Source of the DNA: Lama glama
Lineage: Eukaryota
DNA length: 64,000 nucleotides
Reading direction: 5' to 3'
Assembly: GCA_028534125.1 (NCBI GenBank)
Contig: CM052817.1
Location: 21,516,001 to 21,580,000, forward strand
Part shown: positions 63,421 to 64,000 of the stretch, piece after piece
Position numbering within the stretch: the stretch's first letter is position 1
How the letters are laid out: every line of letters starts with the position of its first letter
Program-made: the position numbers and the translations under genes
Notes under the pieces: generated by a model
The model's input: only the letters and a program-made list of their open reading frames with translations
What the model was told of the DNA's origin: nothing
Databases searched by the model: none

Positions 63421-64000
63421 GAATGCAGATCCTTGGGTTTCTATTATATCAGCTAGATTGAAAAATAATGTCATTTGTCAAAACAGGGAGTTTAGGCAGG
63501 AACCAGCAGTTGAGATGGGAATACTGAGTCTGAAGTATTTGTGGGCCATGAAAATCAGAAAGGTGTGCATGGCTGAAGCTCCACAGAGAACTCCAGACTG
63601 GAGATAGTGAGTTGTGTCATCAGCATAGAGGAGGTAGTTGAAGACATGGGATGAGCTGATTCACAAAGGGTATAGATGTACAAAGAAATCCAAAATGGAA
63701 CACTGGAAGATAGGGAAACACATGCCCCAGAGAAGAGTAAAATAAGTCACAATGGAAACACTGCTTTCCTGGTAGACAAGGAAGAACAGAGTTTCAAAAA
63801 GAAAAGAAAAGATTAACAGTGTAAATGTCAAGAAGAGTTTAAATGTGATAAGGACTAAAATGTGTCTATTAGATTAAGCAAAGAATAAGACAGTGCTGAC
63901 CTTTGAGAAAAATTCAATAAAAATGGTAAGGGCAAAAGTTAAATTACATGGAGCTGTGATACGGATAGGAAGTTAGACTTAGTGTTTCAAATATTTCCAT
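63421..64000 (-). mobile_element. L2 fragment
   Basis: gactggagatagtgagttgtgtcatcagcatagaggaggtagttgaagacatgggatgag...gtaaatgtcaagaagagtttaaatgtgataaggactaaaatgtgtctattagattaagca...gctgacctttgaga. Confidence 0.8.

Overview
AT-rich mammalian genomic DNA with no recognisable host protein-coding exon, rRNA or genuine tRNA gene; it reads as intergenic or deep-intronic sequence. Two tRNA-Ala-derived SINEs of the Vic-1 type point to a camelid genome (inference). The window is dominated by transposable-element relics. The largest is a near-full-length but inactivated LINE-1 (about 57.8-63.4 kb: CpG-rich 5'UTR, broken ORF1 and ORF2, interrupted by an assembly gap). There are also several L1 3' fragments, two of them with twin-priming 5' inversions, plus L2, MIR, MaLR/ERVL solo LTRs, DNA-transposon relics (MER5A, MER47/Tigger5, MER53) and microsatellites. 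Two gaps of exactly 500 N are placeholders. I found no supportable novel biological system. The best second-look items are an unexplained 80-bp inverted repeat beside a perfect 22-bp palindrome (37.5 kb), the L1 inversions, tandem repeats in the L1 5'UTR and the missing target-site duplication of the large L1. Repeat family names come from recalled consensus similarity, not from a database search, and boundaries of old repeats are approximate.
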